Under the pieces are notes generated by a model that was not told where the DNA came from, ran no database searches, and saw nothing but the letters and a program-made list of their open reading frames with translations. The translations under genes and the position numbers were made by a program. 64,000 bases of DNA. Origin: Anolis carolinensis. Taxonomy: Eukaryota. Below are positions 43,301 to 55,729 of this stretch, one piece after another (the stretch's first letter is position 1; each line of letters starts with the position of its first letter). The stretch lies in the NCBI RefSeq assembly GCF_035594765.1, contig NW_026943826.1:13495325-13559324 (forward strand), read 5' to 3'.

Positions 43301-43798
43301 CGTTGCATGCAACAGTGACTTTATAATGCATCTTTCGGCGCACCCCGAGCCAGACGTCGAGAGCACAAATGCTGTTATTTAACTCATTATAACGGATCCG
43401 GCCGGTCAATACTTTGTGCATAACGTTGTCGGGAGAAAAGAACTAAAAAAAAAGATAAGAAAGGGAGAAAAACAACACGGTGCGTTTTTCTCCTTTTCCA
43501 AAAAAATAAAAGGCATCGTTTGGCCGGAAACGGACTACGCGTTCCGGTATTAATAGAACCCAAAAGAGACGCTAAGAAGCCCGCGCAGTCCGTCGATGTT
43601 TCGGAAACGAGCAAAACAAAGAAGGACGTGGTTTCTTTCCCCCACAGGACGCGCCGGTTAAGGTGTTTAATTCTTGGGCGAGGGCCGCTAACTCTTCGCT
43701 TGGCTTCGATGTAGCTTTAAGCAAGCAAACGGGAGAGGCGAGGAGTCGAGGGAAAAGTCCCAGGCAAGCGGGGTCCGTCTGTCCGTCCGTCCGTCCGA

Positions 43799-44935
43799 TT
43801 AGGATCGGTAGTCCTTTTTGCTGTAGGGTTTATTGCCCAAGATGCTATCGATCTCGTGGATGATCGAGGAGGAAAGTTTGGGGAGGACCTGTCGGGGAGA
43901 GAGAGAGACAGTCGGTTGGATTTTGGCTCTTTTTTTCAAGAGAAGAAGGGCTGAAAAAGTCGGCTTATACTCGAGTATATACGGTATATCAAAATGTACT
44001 GTTTGTTTGAAGGACGCAGTAAACAACAAAACCACTGGACGACGTTGGGCCACAATACACCTATTAATGCAATGTATGACCTTCACTCAAAAAAAACATC
44101 CAAAAATATCATATATCATTGATAACCCAGGAACAAAAATAGTGTTACATGGTGTACTATATACCGTATATACTCGAGTATAAGCCGACCCGAATATAAG
44201 CCAAGGCAACTAATTTTACCACAAAAAACTGGGAAAACACTGACTCCAGTATTAGCCGAGATACCAATACAATTACCGTATATACTTGAGTATAAGCCGA
44301 CCCGAATATAAGCCGAGGCACCTAATTGTACCACAAAAAACTGGGAAAACACTGACTCCAGTATTAGCCAAGATACCAATACAATTACCGTATATACTTG
44401 AGTATAAGCTGACCCGAATATAAGCTGAGGCACCTAATTTTACCACAAAAAACTGGGAAAACATTGACTCCAGTATAAGTCGAGGGGGTTAAATTTCAGA
44501 AATAAAAATAGATACCAATAAAATTACACTAATTGAGTCATCAGTAGGTTAAATGTTTTTGAATATTTACATAAAGCTCAAATTTAAGATAAGACTCTCC
44601 GACTCTGATTAAATCATTATTCTCATCTTCTTCAATGTAAATGTGCTTGTGTATCCTTTTAAGAATAATAGNNNNNNNNNNNNNNNNNNNNNNNNNNNNN
44701 NNNNNNNNNNNNNNNNNNNNNNNNNNNNNNNNNNNNNNNNNNNNNNNNNNNNNNNNNNNNNNNNNNNNNNNNNNNNNNNNNNNNNNNNNNNNNNNNNNNN
44801 NNNNNNNNNNNNNNNNNNNNNNNNNNNNNNNNNNNNNNNNNNNNNNNNNNNNNNNNNNNNNNNNNNNNNNNNNNNNNNNNNNNNNNNNNNNNNNNNNNGT
44901 AATAATAATAAGATCAGAGTGAAATAATAAATGTA

Positions 44936-44984
<49 letters not shown>

Positions 44985-45951
44985 CAGGAAAATAATACAT
45001 GTAATAATAATAATAAGATCAGAGTGAAATAATAAATGTAATAGTAGTAATAATAATAAATACAGGAAAATAATACATGTAATAATAATAATAAGATCAG
45101 AGTGAAATAAATAATAATAATAATAAATACAGGAAAATAATACATGTAATAATAATANNNNNNNNNNNNNNNNNNNNNNNNNNNNNNNNNNNNNNNNNNN
45201 NNNNNNNNNNNNNNNNNNNNNNNNNNNNNNNNNNNNNNNNNNNNNNNNNNNNNNNNNNNNNNNNNNNNNNNNNNNNNNNNNNNNNNNNNNNNNNNNNNNN
45301 NNNNNNNGTAATAATAATAATAAGATCAGAGTGAAATAATAAATGTAGTAATAATAATAATAAAAATAGAGTAAAATAAATGTAATAGTAGCAACAATAA
45401 TAAAAAAATAATAAATGTACCATATATTCTCGAGTATAAGCTGACCCAAATATAAGCCAACCAGGACTCTCACCCAAGTATAAGCCGAGCGGGGCTTTTT
45501 CAGTCTTAAAAAGAGGGCTGAAAAACTAGGCTTATACTCGAGTATATACAGTAATAGCCATAACTCCGGAGGCGGATTCACCTGTATTGCTCCGATGTTT
45601 TCCATTAGTTGGTCTGCGTTGGAAGCTCCCAGAAGGACCGAACTGACGCCTTCGTTCCGTAAACACCAGGCTGCCGGGAAGAAGATACGGTAGTTATTGA
45701 AAATCTAACAGCAAAATGTGCCTCTAGCAAGATGTCCCTCCAAGCAAAGTTTTGCAATTTTAATACACTTTCCCCATGTTTTGATGATAGAACCAATTAG
45801 AAGACGACGTTTGTTTTTGCTGGAATCCGCCCGTCCCCTCGGGATTTATTATTATTATTTTATTATGACACAGCAAACAAGAGAGATATGCTGGATTTCG
45901 TATCACAAAATCACAAGTCGAACACTTCCCAAGTGTCTAGGGCTGTGTGAT

Positions 45952-46003
<52 letters not shown>

Positions 46004-46089
46004 ACAGCAAACAAGATAGACATGCTGGATTTCGTATCACAAAATCACAAGTCGAACCCTTCCCAAGTGTCTAGGACTGTGTGATGTAC

Positions 46090-46137
<48 letters not shown>

Positions 46138-49100
46138 GACACAGCAAACAAGATAGACATGCTGGATTTCGTATCACAAAACCACAAGTCCGACACTTCC
46201 CAAGTGTCTAGGACTGTGTGATGTATTTTCGGATCCCAGCAGAGAGTTCTGTCTCCTTCTTCAGGGTCCCATTTGTGAGCCAGAGGTCTTCTCCTTATCA
46301 GCTTTTCCTTAAATTTTGTCAAAGAACTTTCCATGCAATGTTTTGTCGTGCCAGCTGTCAGCTCTAGTTTGTAGTGCGGTTTTCTTGTACTTATTTGTAG
46401 TGCGGTTTTCTTGTACTTATTATTATTATTTACTCACCAATGGCCAGCTGGGGCAGCGTGCATCCCAGCCGCTCCGCGATGGCTTGCAACTCTTTCAGCT
46501 TGGCTTGTTGCCGCCTGCCTTCCTCGCTCAGGATCTTGTCCTTCAGCCACTGGTAGCCCTGCAACGGAGGAGGCGGACACAACAATCAGAGGGCAGCCAC
46601 GGTGCTGACCCCCAATTCTGAGCGTTCAGATGAGGAAGGAGGGGATACTGGGAGAGACTCAGAGGGCCCAGAGGACACTGGAAATGTTTTGGGATCCCCT
46701 GGCAGGTCCCATGTGACTGGAGAAGACAATACCAGTTCTCACAAGAACCCGTCAGAAGTGCAGGCTGAGAAATGTGGGAGACGAATGATTCTCTAGGTCA
46801 AGGAGATTGAAATTGAGGAGTTAAGAAATACTCGTTTCTCACAGCGAACGAGAGATAAGGAGTGGGAAGGCAGGCGCAGGAGAAACGATCTAATGGGAGG
46901 GATTCTGGCTGTGGTGTGGTTTGTGGTGAAAAGAGACTTCGAGGTCCTGGTAGTGCAGTGGTTCCCAACCTTTGGACGTCCAGGTGTTTTGGACGTCGAC
47001 TCCCAGAATCCGATTCCTGAAGTCCAAAACATCCGGAGGCCCGAAGGTTGGGATCCGTCCTAAGAAAACGCCGACCGTCAATCAGGCCGATTGAGACTCA
47101 CTTTGAGCGACGCCCGCGAGTAAGGCGGGATCCCGCCGTCGTATTTCCCCGACACGATTCCGCACGCCAGGGGGGACCACGTCATCGCGCCCACGCCTGT
47201 GGGAAGGAAAGGAGACCAGGTTGGCTTTCCCAGCATCCATATTGCTGGGCCAGTGGGGGAGCGAATGGCACGCACCGATCTTGTGGAAAAGCTCCGGAAG
47301 CTGGACCTCGACTTTCTCCCGCTGGAACATGTGGTACTCGGCTTGTTCGCAGATGGGAGGGATGAGGTTGAATTGCCGCGCCACCGAATAGGCTTCCTGC
47401 AGGTGTGTTACATAGGGTAACATATCATAATTATTTAATAACACAACTATAATATTAGAATATATACTATACTATAATATTTTTTAAATATTTGAAATAA
47501 TTTGGAAATGACATATCCCACTGGCTATTTCCCGAGCCAAGGGTTTGCGACTCGCATCACTCAGGAATGAAAATCATAGTGTAATATATTATAATTATTT
47601 AATAGTACAACTATAATATTAGAATAAATACTATACTATAATATTTTTAATATTAGAAATAATTGGGAAATGACATATCCCACTGGCTATTTCCCGAGCC
47701 AAGAGTTTGCCACTTGCATCACCCAGGAATGGAAATCATAGTGTTGCATAGTGTAATATAGTGTATCTATTTAATACTATAAATATAATATAATATTTGT
47801 AAATATTAGAAACAATTAGGAAATGACATATCCCACTGGCTATTTCCCGAGCCAGGAGTTTGCAACTCGCATCACCCAGGAATGGAAATCATAGTGTTGC
47901 ATAGTGTAATATAGTATAATTATTTAATAATATAATATAATATAATATTTTTAAATATTAGAAACAATTAGGAAATGGCATATCCCACTGGCTATTTCCT
48001 AAATCAAGAGTTTGCCACTCGCATAACTCAAGAATAGAAATCATAGTGTTACATAGTGTAATATATTATCATTCTTTAACAATACAACTATAATATTATG
48101 ATATGTACTATAACATAATACATTAATATTTTTAATATTAGAAATGGTATTTCCCACTGGCCATTTCCCGAGCCAAGAGTGTGCGACTCGCATTGCTCAG
48201 GAATTACATAGTGTAATATAATTATTTAATAATACAATCCTTGATCCGGTCAGCGTCTTCCGAAAACGGGCACAAATCTCTCCAGGGCAGCAAAAAAGGA
48301 CAGATGGACGAGCAGATTGAACCGCGCTTGCGAGAGTCCCTTTTTGCTTGGAACGACATCGGTCCCTTCGTGGTCGCCAATCGGGAAGAGTGACGAGCGA
48401 AGGTCTTTGGCTTCTCGCTCAAGGGACGGGTTCTCCCCTCCCCGCGCCCGACTCCATATCCACCCTCCTCCTCCTCATGAGATCTGAGCAGCAGCTAATG
48501 AAGCAGAAACACATCTGCAAGCAACACACGGCGCCGGAGCACCGCTGTCTCCTCACATCAGGCTGAGATGTTTTGCCTCCAGACCTCCGGCCTCACAGGC
48601 AACCGCCACGGCTTCCGTGCTGAACGACCGGATCACAACATCTAGCAGACCAGCAAGACAGGCCTCTCTCCTCTAAGTGGTCAGACATCCATTTCCAGTT
48701 GTGAAAGGAAACACTGCCGGGTCTCATTCATATTAATCATACAAAGGAGGGTATCCCATTCTGATTAGTAATCCAGAGATTTGTATTAACGAATTCTACA
48801 AATCTCTGAATCATGAAAACAGATTTCCGAAGCATTTGCACAATCCTAATATGTGCGTTAATAGATTTTGTGTGTGTGTGTGTTTAACTCTGTCTTGAGA
48901 TAGGAGAGGTGGGTAAGAAATACAATTATCATCATTATTATTATCATTGTTATTATTTATAATTCCTTCAGAGATTGTATTAACGAATCCTACAAATCTC
49001 CGAATTACAAAAATGGATTTCTGAAGCACTTGCACAACCCTAAGAACTACATTAATAATTTTTTGCGTATGTGTTTAACTCTGCCTTGAGATAGGAGAGG

Positions 49101-51343
49101 TGGGTAAGAAATAAAATTATCATCATTATTATTATCATTGTTATTATTTATAATTCCTTCAGAGATTGTATTAACAAATCCTACAAATCTCTGATTTAGG
49201 AAAGATTTCCGAAGCACTTGCATAACCCTAATATATATGTTAATAGATTTTTTTTTGCGTGTGTTTGTGCCTTGAGATACGAGAGGTGGGTAAGAAATAA
49301 AATTATTATTATTATTATTTGTAATTCCTTCAGAACATGGCTGCGAATTCAGCGTTACCATAATCTCCATGGAGCTCCACCGCGACGTCCCCCAATACAT
49401 GGCCATGCCTTGGTTGATGACGTGGGTCATTGCCCGGACCGTCTCTGCAAGAAAGAAGGAAAGAACGAGGAAAAGAGAGAAGACGAGAGACGCTTAGGAG
49501 AGACGGGAAAAGCAAGCGGAGCCGTCTGGTCCAATTAAGGCCACGACGACACCCAACGGGAAACAACTCAAACGTGGAACTAAAACGAGGAGAGAGCGGA
49601 CGGGTCTTCCAACTACTCAAGACATCTTGCAAGCAGCGTGAATCCAGGTTGGGATGGAAAGAAGGAAGGAGCGAACGAACTGAACGAATGAACGAACGAG
49701 AGCTTTCCAGATAGAAAATCCCGCTCGTGTGTTTGCGGAAGGAAATAACAGAAACCAAGAAAAGGGACAAAGATGGAAGGCGGTTGTGTTGGATAGAGGA
49801 GACGTGGTAAAGAGAAATGGTTTTCGAATCTGCTGCCAGAATCACTGGGCTGCTGTGAGTTTTCCGGGCTACCTGGCCATGTTCCAGCAGCATTCTCTCC
49901 TGACGTTTCGCATGCATCTGTAGCTGCATCTCCAGAAGTTTGTGGAAATGAGGCCAGTGGGGTGTATAATTAATAATATATAACAATACTAATAGTATTA
50001 TAATAATACTAATAATATATACATGATTTCGCTCACTTACTGTTATCTCAGCCCCATTTTTAACTAGTGGTCAAAAAATGGCCTGTATGTGGGTGTATGT
50101 ATATATATCTATATCTATATAGATATTATATATTATTAATATTATTATTAACTCAGGAATGGCCTGTGTGTGAATGTATATATCTATATCTATATAGATA
50201 TTATATATTATTAATATTATTATTAATTCAGAGATGGCTTGTGTGTGGGTATATGTATATATCTATATCTATATCTATATAGATACTATATATTATTAAT
50301 ATTATTATTAACTCAGGGATGGCCTGTGTGTGTATGTATGTATGTATATCTATATCTATATAGATACTATATTATTATTATTATTAACTCAGGGATGGCC
50401 TGTGTGTGGGTGTATGTATATATATTTATATCTATATAGATACTATATATTATTAATATTATTATTAACTCAGGGATGGCCTGTGTGTGAGTGTATGTAT
50501 AAATATCTATATAGATACTATATATTATTAATATTATTATTAACTCAGGGATGGCCTTGTGTGGGTGTATGTATATACATCTATATCTATATAGATACTA
50601 TATATTATTAATATTATTATTAACTCAGGGATGGCCTGTGTGTGGGTGTATGTATATATATCTATATCTATATAGATACTATATATTATTAATATTATTA
50701 ACTCAGGGATGGGCTGTGTGTGGGTGTATGCATATATATCTATATCTATATAGATACTATATATTATTAATATTATTATTAACTCAGGGATGGCCTGTGT
50801 GTGGGTGTATGTATATATATCTATATCTATATAGATACTATATATTATTAATATTATTAACTCAGGGATGGGCTGTGTGTGGGTGTATGCATATATATCT
50901 ATATCTATATAGATACTATATATTATTAATATTATTAACTCAGGGATGGGCTGTGTGTGGGTGTATGCATATATATCTATATCTATATAGATACTATATA
51001 TTATTAATATTATTATTAACTCAGGGATGGCCTGTGTGTGGGTGTATGTATATATATCTATATCTATATAATATTATAATCTCCAGGCGGAGTACGATGC
51101 CACTGCATTTGCTCAAAGGGAAAAAAAAACAAGTTCCTGGTTTTAGGAGAAAAAAATAAATATTTTTGCAACACGATGCAAAAATAATAATAATAATAAT
51201 ATATATATATATAGAAAGCATTGCAAATTTGGGAAATGCCAACCGGTGCAAAAAAATAAACAAAACACACAATCCCCGAATGTCGCAATGGTGCAATGCA
51301 GCCCAAAACAGCAGCGAACCAGAGCTCAGAGTCTGCCTCTTTA

Positions 51344-51380
<37 letters not shown>

Positions 51381-51716
51381 CCCACTACAATTCCCATTTG
51401 AGCGCAACACAACAAAGGGAGGGGATGATGGGATGGCATGAGTGTGACGCTTGCAAGATGCTTCTAAAGGAGGCTAAAGGGTCCGTTTGGATGTTTCCGG
51501 TCTATTGTTTGGATTGACAGATGTATTATTATTTCTTCCCCCTTCGTTCTTTCTTTGCTTCCTTTTGGGCATTTTATGGAGAATTTCATGGCTTGTATAG
51601 AAATATATATACAGTATATATAAAAAATCAAAATAAAAGGATCGTCTGAGTTCCAGGAAGGAATGGGCTGACAATAATAATAATAATAATAATAATAATC
51701 AAAATAAAAGGCTGCC

Positions 51717-51747
<31 letters not shown>

Positions 51748-51801
51748 TATTTTGAATCAAAATAAAAGGCGGCCAATAATGATAATAATAACAATAATAA
51801 C

Positions 51802-51832
<31 letters not shown>

Positions 51833-52013
51833 TTTTGAATCAAAATAAAAGGATTGTTTGAGTTCCAGAAAGGAATGGGCTGCCAATAATAATAATAATA
51901 ATAGGATCGTCTGAGTTCCAGGAAGGAATGGGCAGCCAATAATAATAATATAATAGTAATAATAATCATCATCATCATAGGATCGTCTGAGTTCCAGGAA
52001 GGAATGGGCTGCC

Positions 52014-52050
<37 letters not shown>

Positions 52051-52103
52051 TAGTAGTAATAATAATATAGGATCATCTGAGTTCCAGGAAGGAATGGGCT
52101 GCC

Positions 52104-52149
<46 letters not shown>

Positions 52150-52480
52150 TAGTAGTAATAATAATATAGGATCATCTGAGTTCCAGGAAGGAATGGGCTG
52201 CCAATAATAATAATAATAATAATAATCAAAATAAAAGGCTGCCAATAATAATAATAATAATATATTTTGAATCAAAATAAAAGGATTGTCTGAGTTCCAG
52301 TAAGGAAAGGGCTGCCAATAATAATAATATTAATATAATAGTAATAATAATAATAATAATAATAGGATCGTCTGAGTTCCAGGAAGGAATGGGCTGCCAA
52401 TAATAATAATAATAATAATAATAATATATTTTGAATCAAAATAAAAGGATCGTCTGAGTTCCAGGAAGGAATGGGCTGCC

Positions 52481-52526
<46 letters not shown>

Positions 52527-52578
52527 TATTTTGAATTAAAATAAAAGGTTGCCAATAGTAATAATAATAATAATAATA

Positions 52579-52617
<39 letters not shown>

Positions 52618-53466
52618 GGATCATCTGAGTTCCAGGAAGGAATAGGCTGCCAATAATAATAATAATAATAATAATATATTTTGAATCAAAATAAAAGGAT
52701 CGTCTGAGTTCCAGGAAGGAATAGGCTGCCAATAATAATAATAATAATAATAATAATATATTTTGAATCAAAATAAAAGGATCGTCTGAGTTCCAGGAAG
52801 GATTGGGCTGCCAATAATAATAACAATAATAATAATAATGAGAACCGATTGTCCAAGCAGCCAAGCGCAGGGGGGGGGGTCTGGTTGGGGGTCCCATAAA
52901 ATGCCGCATGTGGGTGCAGGGAGCCAGAAAGGAAGGAAGGGGCGGGCGGAGTACCTTCGATGATGAACGTTCGTGACTTGGAAGAGCTAAAAGAGTTCCC
53001 TGGTGACAAAAGAAAGATTTGAGAGAGACCACAGTTGACACGGAGCGTATTATCCGGGGGGGGGGGGGGTCTGGGCACGGTTCTTCCCGCTCCCCATCAC
53101 AACAACAACAACAACAACTAACTCCGCTCTGGGAAGACAAGGAAGTTGGTATGAAAGACCCCAAAGAGATCCTCAAACGATGAGCCCAAAAGAAGTCTTC
53201 AAACCACGGGCCGCATATGCCCCCCCCCCCCCCCCAAGTCTTTCCCCATCCCAAAGGTCTCCAAACTATGGACCACATACAACTAACCAAGGTCTTCCCC
53301 ATCCCAAAGCAACCCCCAAAATATGGCAAAATAGGGCCAAAACCAACGCAGTCTCCAAACCATGGCCCGCGGGCCACATACAGCCCAAAATGCATTTCCC
53401 ACGTCCCAAAGCATTCTTCAAACTATGGGCCACCTCGGTCTTCCCCGACCACAAAAAGGTCTTCAA

Positions 53467-53511
<45 letters not shown>

Positions 53512-53601
53512 TACAGGTCCATCCAGGTCTCTCCCCCAAACCAAAGCATTCTTCAAACTATGGGCCACCTCGGTCTTCCCCGACCACAAAAAGGTCTTCA
53601 A

Positions 53602-53640
<39 letters not shown>

Positions 53641-53731
53641 CTACAGGTCCATCCAGGTCTCTTCCCCAAACCAAAGCATTCTTCAAACTATGGGCCACCT
53701 CGGTCTTCCCCGACCACAAAAAGGTCTTCAA

Positions 53732-53779
<48 letters not shown>

Positions 53780-55406
53780 TACAGGTCCATCCAGGTCTCT
53801 CCCCCAAACCAAAGCATTCTTCAAACTATGGGCCACCTCGGTCTTCCCCGACCACAAAAAGGTCTTCAAAATAATAATAATAATAATAATAATTATTATT
53901 ATTATTATTATAATAAACTACAGGTCCATCCAGGTCTCTCCCCCAAACCAAAGCAATCTTCAAACTACGGCCCACGGGCCACTTACGGCCCTCCAAGGTC
54001 TCTCCCCGTCCCCAAACAATCTTCAAACTACGGCCCGGAAAAATGTTTTCACACGCGATGTTCAAGCTACATACGGCCCAAGGTCTTTCCTCAAACCAAA
54101 ACGATCTTCAAATAATAGGTCACCTACGGCCCAAAAAACGAAAGAGCGAAAGTCGGGAAGAGAGAGGGAAGGCATTCGTAAAGAGTGGCGCAAGCGGGCC
54201 GAACCTGGGACTATGGCTCTGAAATGTGGCCCGGGTTTATTGTTATTATCGTTGTTGTTGCTAGTGAGTCCTAGGCAAATGTCTCCCATTTGTAGGAACG
54301 GGAAACGCAACGGTTGCGACTTACCGTTCACCGATTCAACCAGACTCCCTGCTCTGAGAGACTTAATCGCTTGCATCCAGACCCGGGAGAAGTCCCAGAA
54401 TCCCCCTTGAGTAGCAACCCGTAGAGGTATTTCCGGACGGGGAGACGGGTTGGGGAGCCGTGCCTTACCTTCCATGGGCGTGTTGGGGTCCGGCCGGTTG
54501 GCAAACACCACGTCCACGTATTCCAGCTGCAGACGCTCCAGGGAGGCCTTCAAGCCTGGCGGAGAGCAAGGAAGAGGCTGTCTGTCTGTCTGTCTATCCA
54601 TCTAAATATCTAAAGGCAGTACCTATTTATCTACTCACATTCCCGCATGGGAAAATTCGCTCCCTCGATCTCTCCCAGGAGGAAAGCCACACACGCTTTT
54701 ACTCACCTTCTATGATGTGTTTCCGGGAAAGGCCTCGCTCCGTCTCGGCCCTGGAAGGAAAAGAGGCCGAGGTGAGGACGTGGTCACCGCTTTTTAATAC
54801 TGTTCACAATTAATATTCCGTTTTAACGTTTGCATCCTTTTGTAAATGGTATTGCCATGGGCTCTACTGTCAGCCACTTCAGGATACAAATAATAATTAA
54901 AATAATGCAGTAATAAAAATTATAATATAAAATAATAAAATCTATATATATAAAAGAGTGATGGCATCACGGCGACGCAGAAAACAACAAAACTACAGGC
55001 CCCCCAACCTCGAAATTTGACAACACAACCCATCATCCACGCCTCTAGGTTGATACAACAAAAAGAAAAGAAAAATAAAGTCCTAATTAGAGAGAGAGAG
55101 GAATAATTGCTTTTATTCAATTGCTGCCAGTTAGAAGGCTAAGCTCCTCCAACTTGGTCTCCTAGCAACCCAATAAAAAATAATAATAATCACTAAAAAT
55201 TAATACAATAAAATACTATAATAACAGAAAATAACTAAAAATAATACAAGAAAATAATAAAATATAATAAATGAAAAGATAACTTACAATAAAATTAATT
55301 TTAAAAAATACAAATAACGTCAAATAAAAATTACACAACAATTTTTAACCAATACCACCACCACTTTGCCACAGCAACGCGTGGCCAGGCACAGCTAGTA
55401 ATAATA

Positions 55407-55449
<43 letters not shown>

Positions 55450-55592
55450 AGTAATAATTTTGATTTATGTCTGAATGGCAGGATTCACGGCTAATATGAA
55501 AAAGCATTGAAAAGGGTTTGTGACTTACTTTCCTCCCCAGAAGATTTTGGTTGTGATCACCAGGCTGGAGCGTCTGCAGGGAAAATAATACA

Positions 55593-55623
<31 letters not shown>

Positions 55624-55678
55624 TATTGCTATTATTTACATCTTGGCTTTCTTGTAAGTTTTGTATTCTTTTTAAAGG

Positions 55679-55729
<51 letters not shown>

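Noticed and set aside
51625-52840. CRISPR-like appearance (constant ~35-bp core with variable spacers); also 2200-4100 and 60062-61375
   Set aside because: Spacers are microsatellites or mutually homologous, the context is eukaryotic introns, and there are no cas genes.
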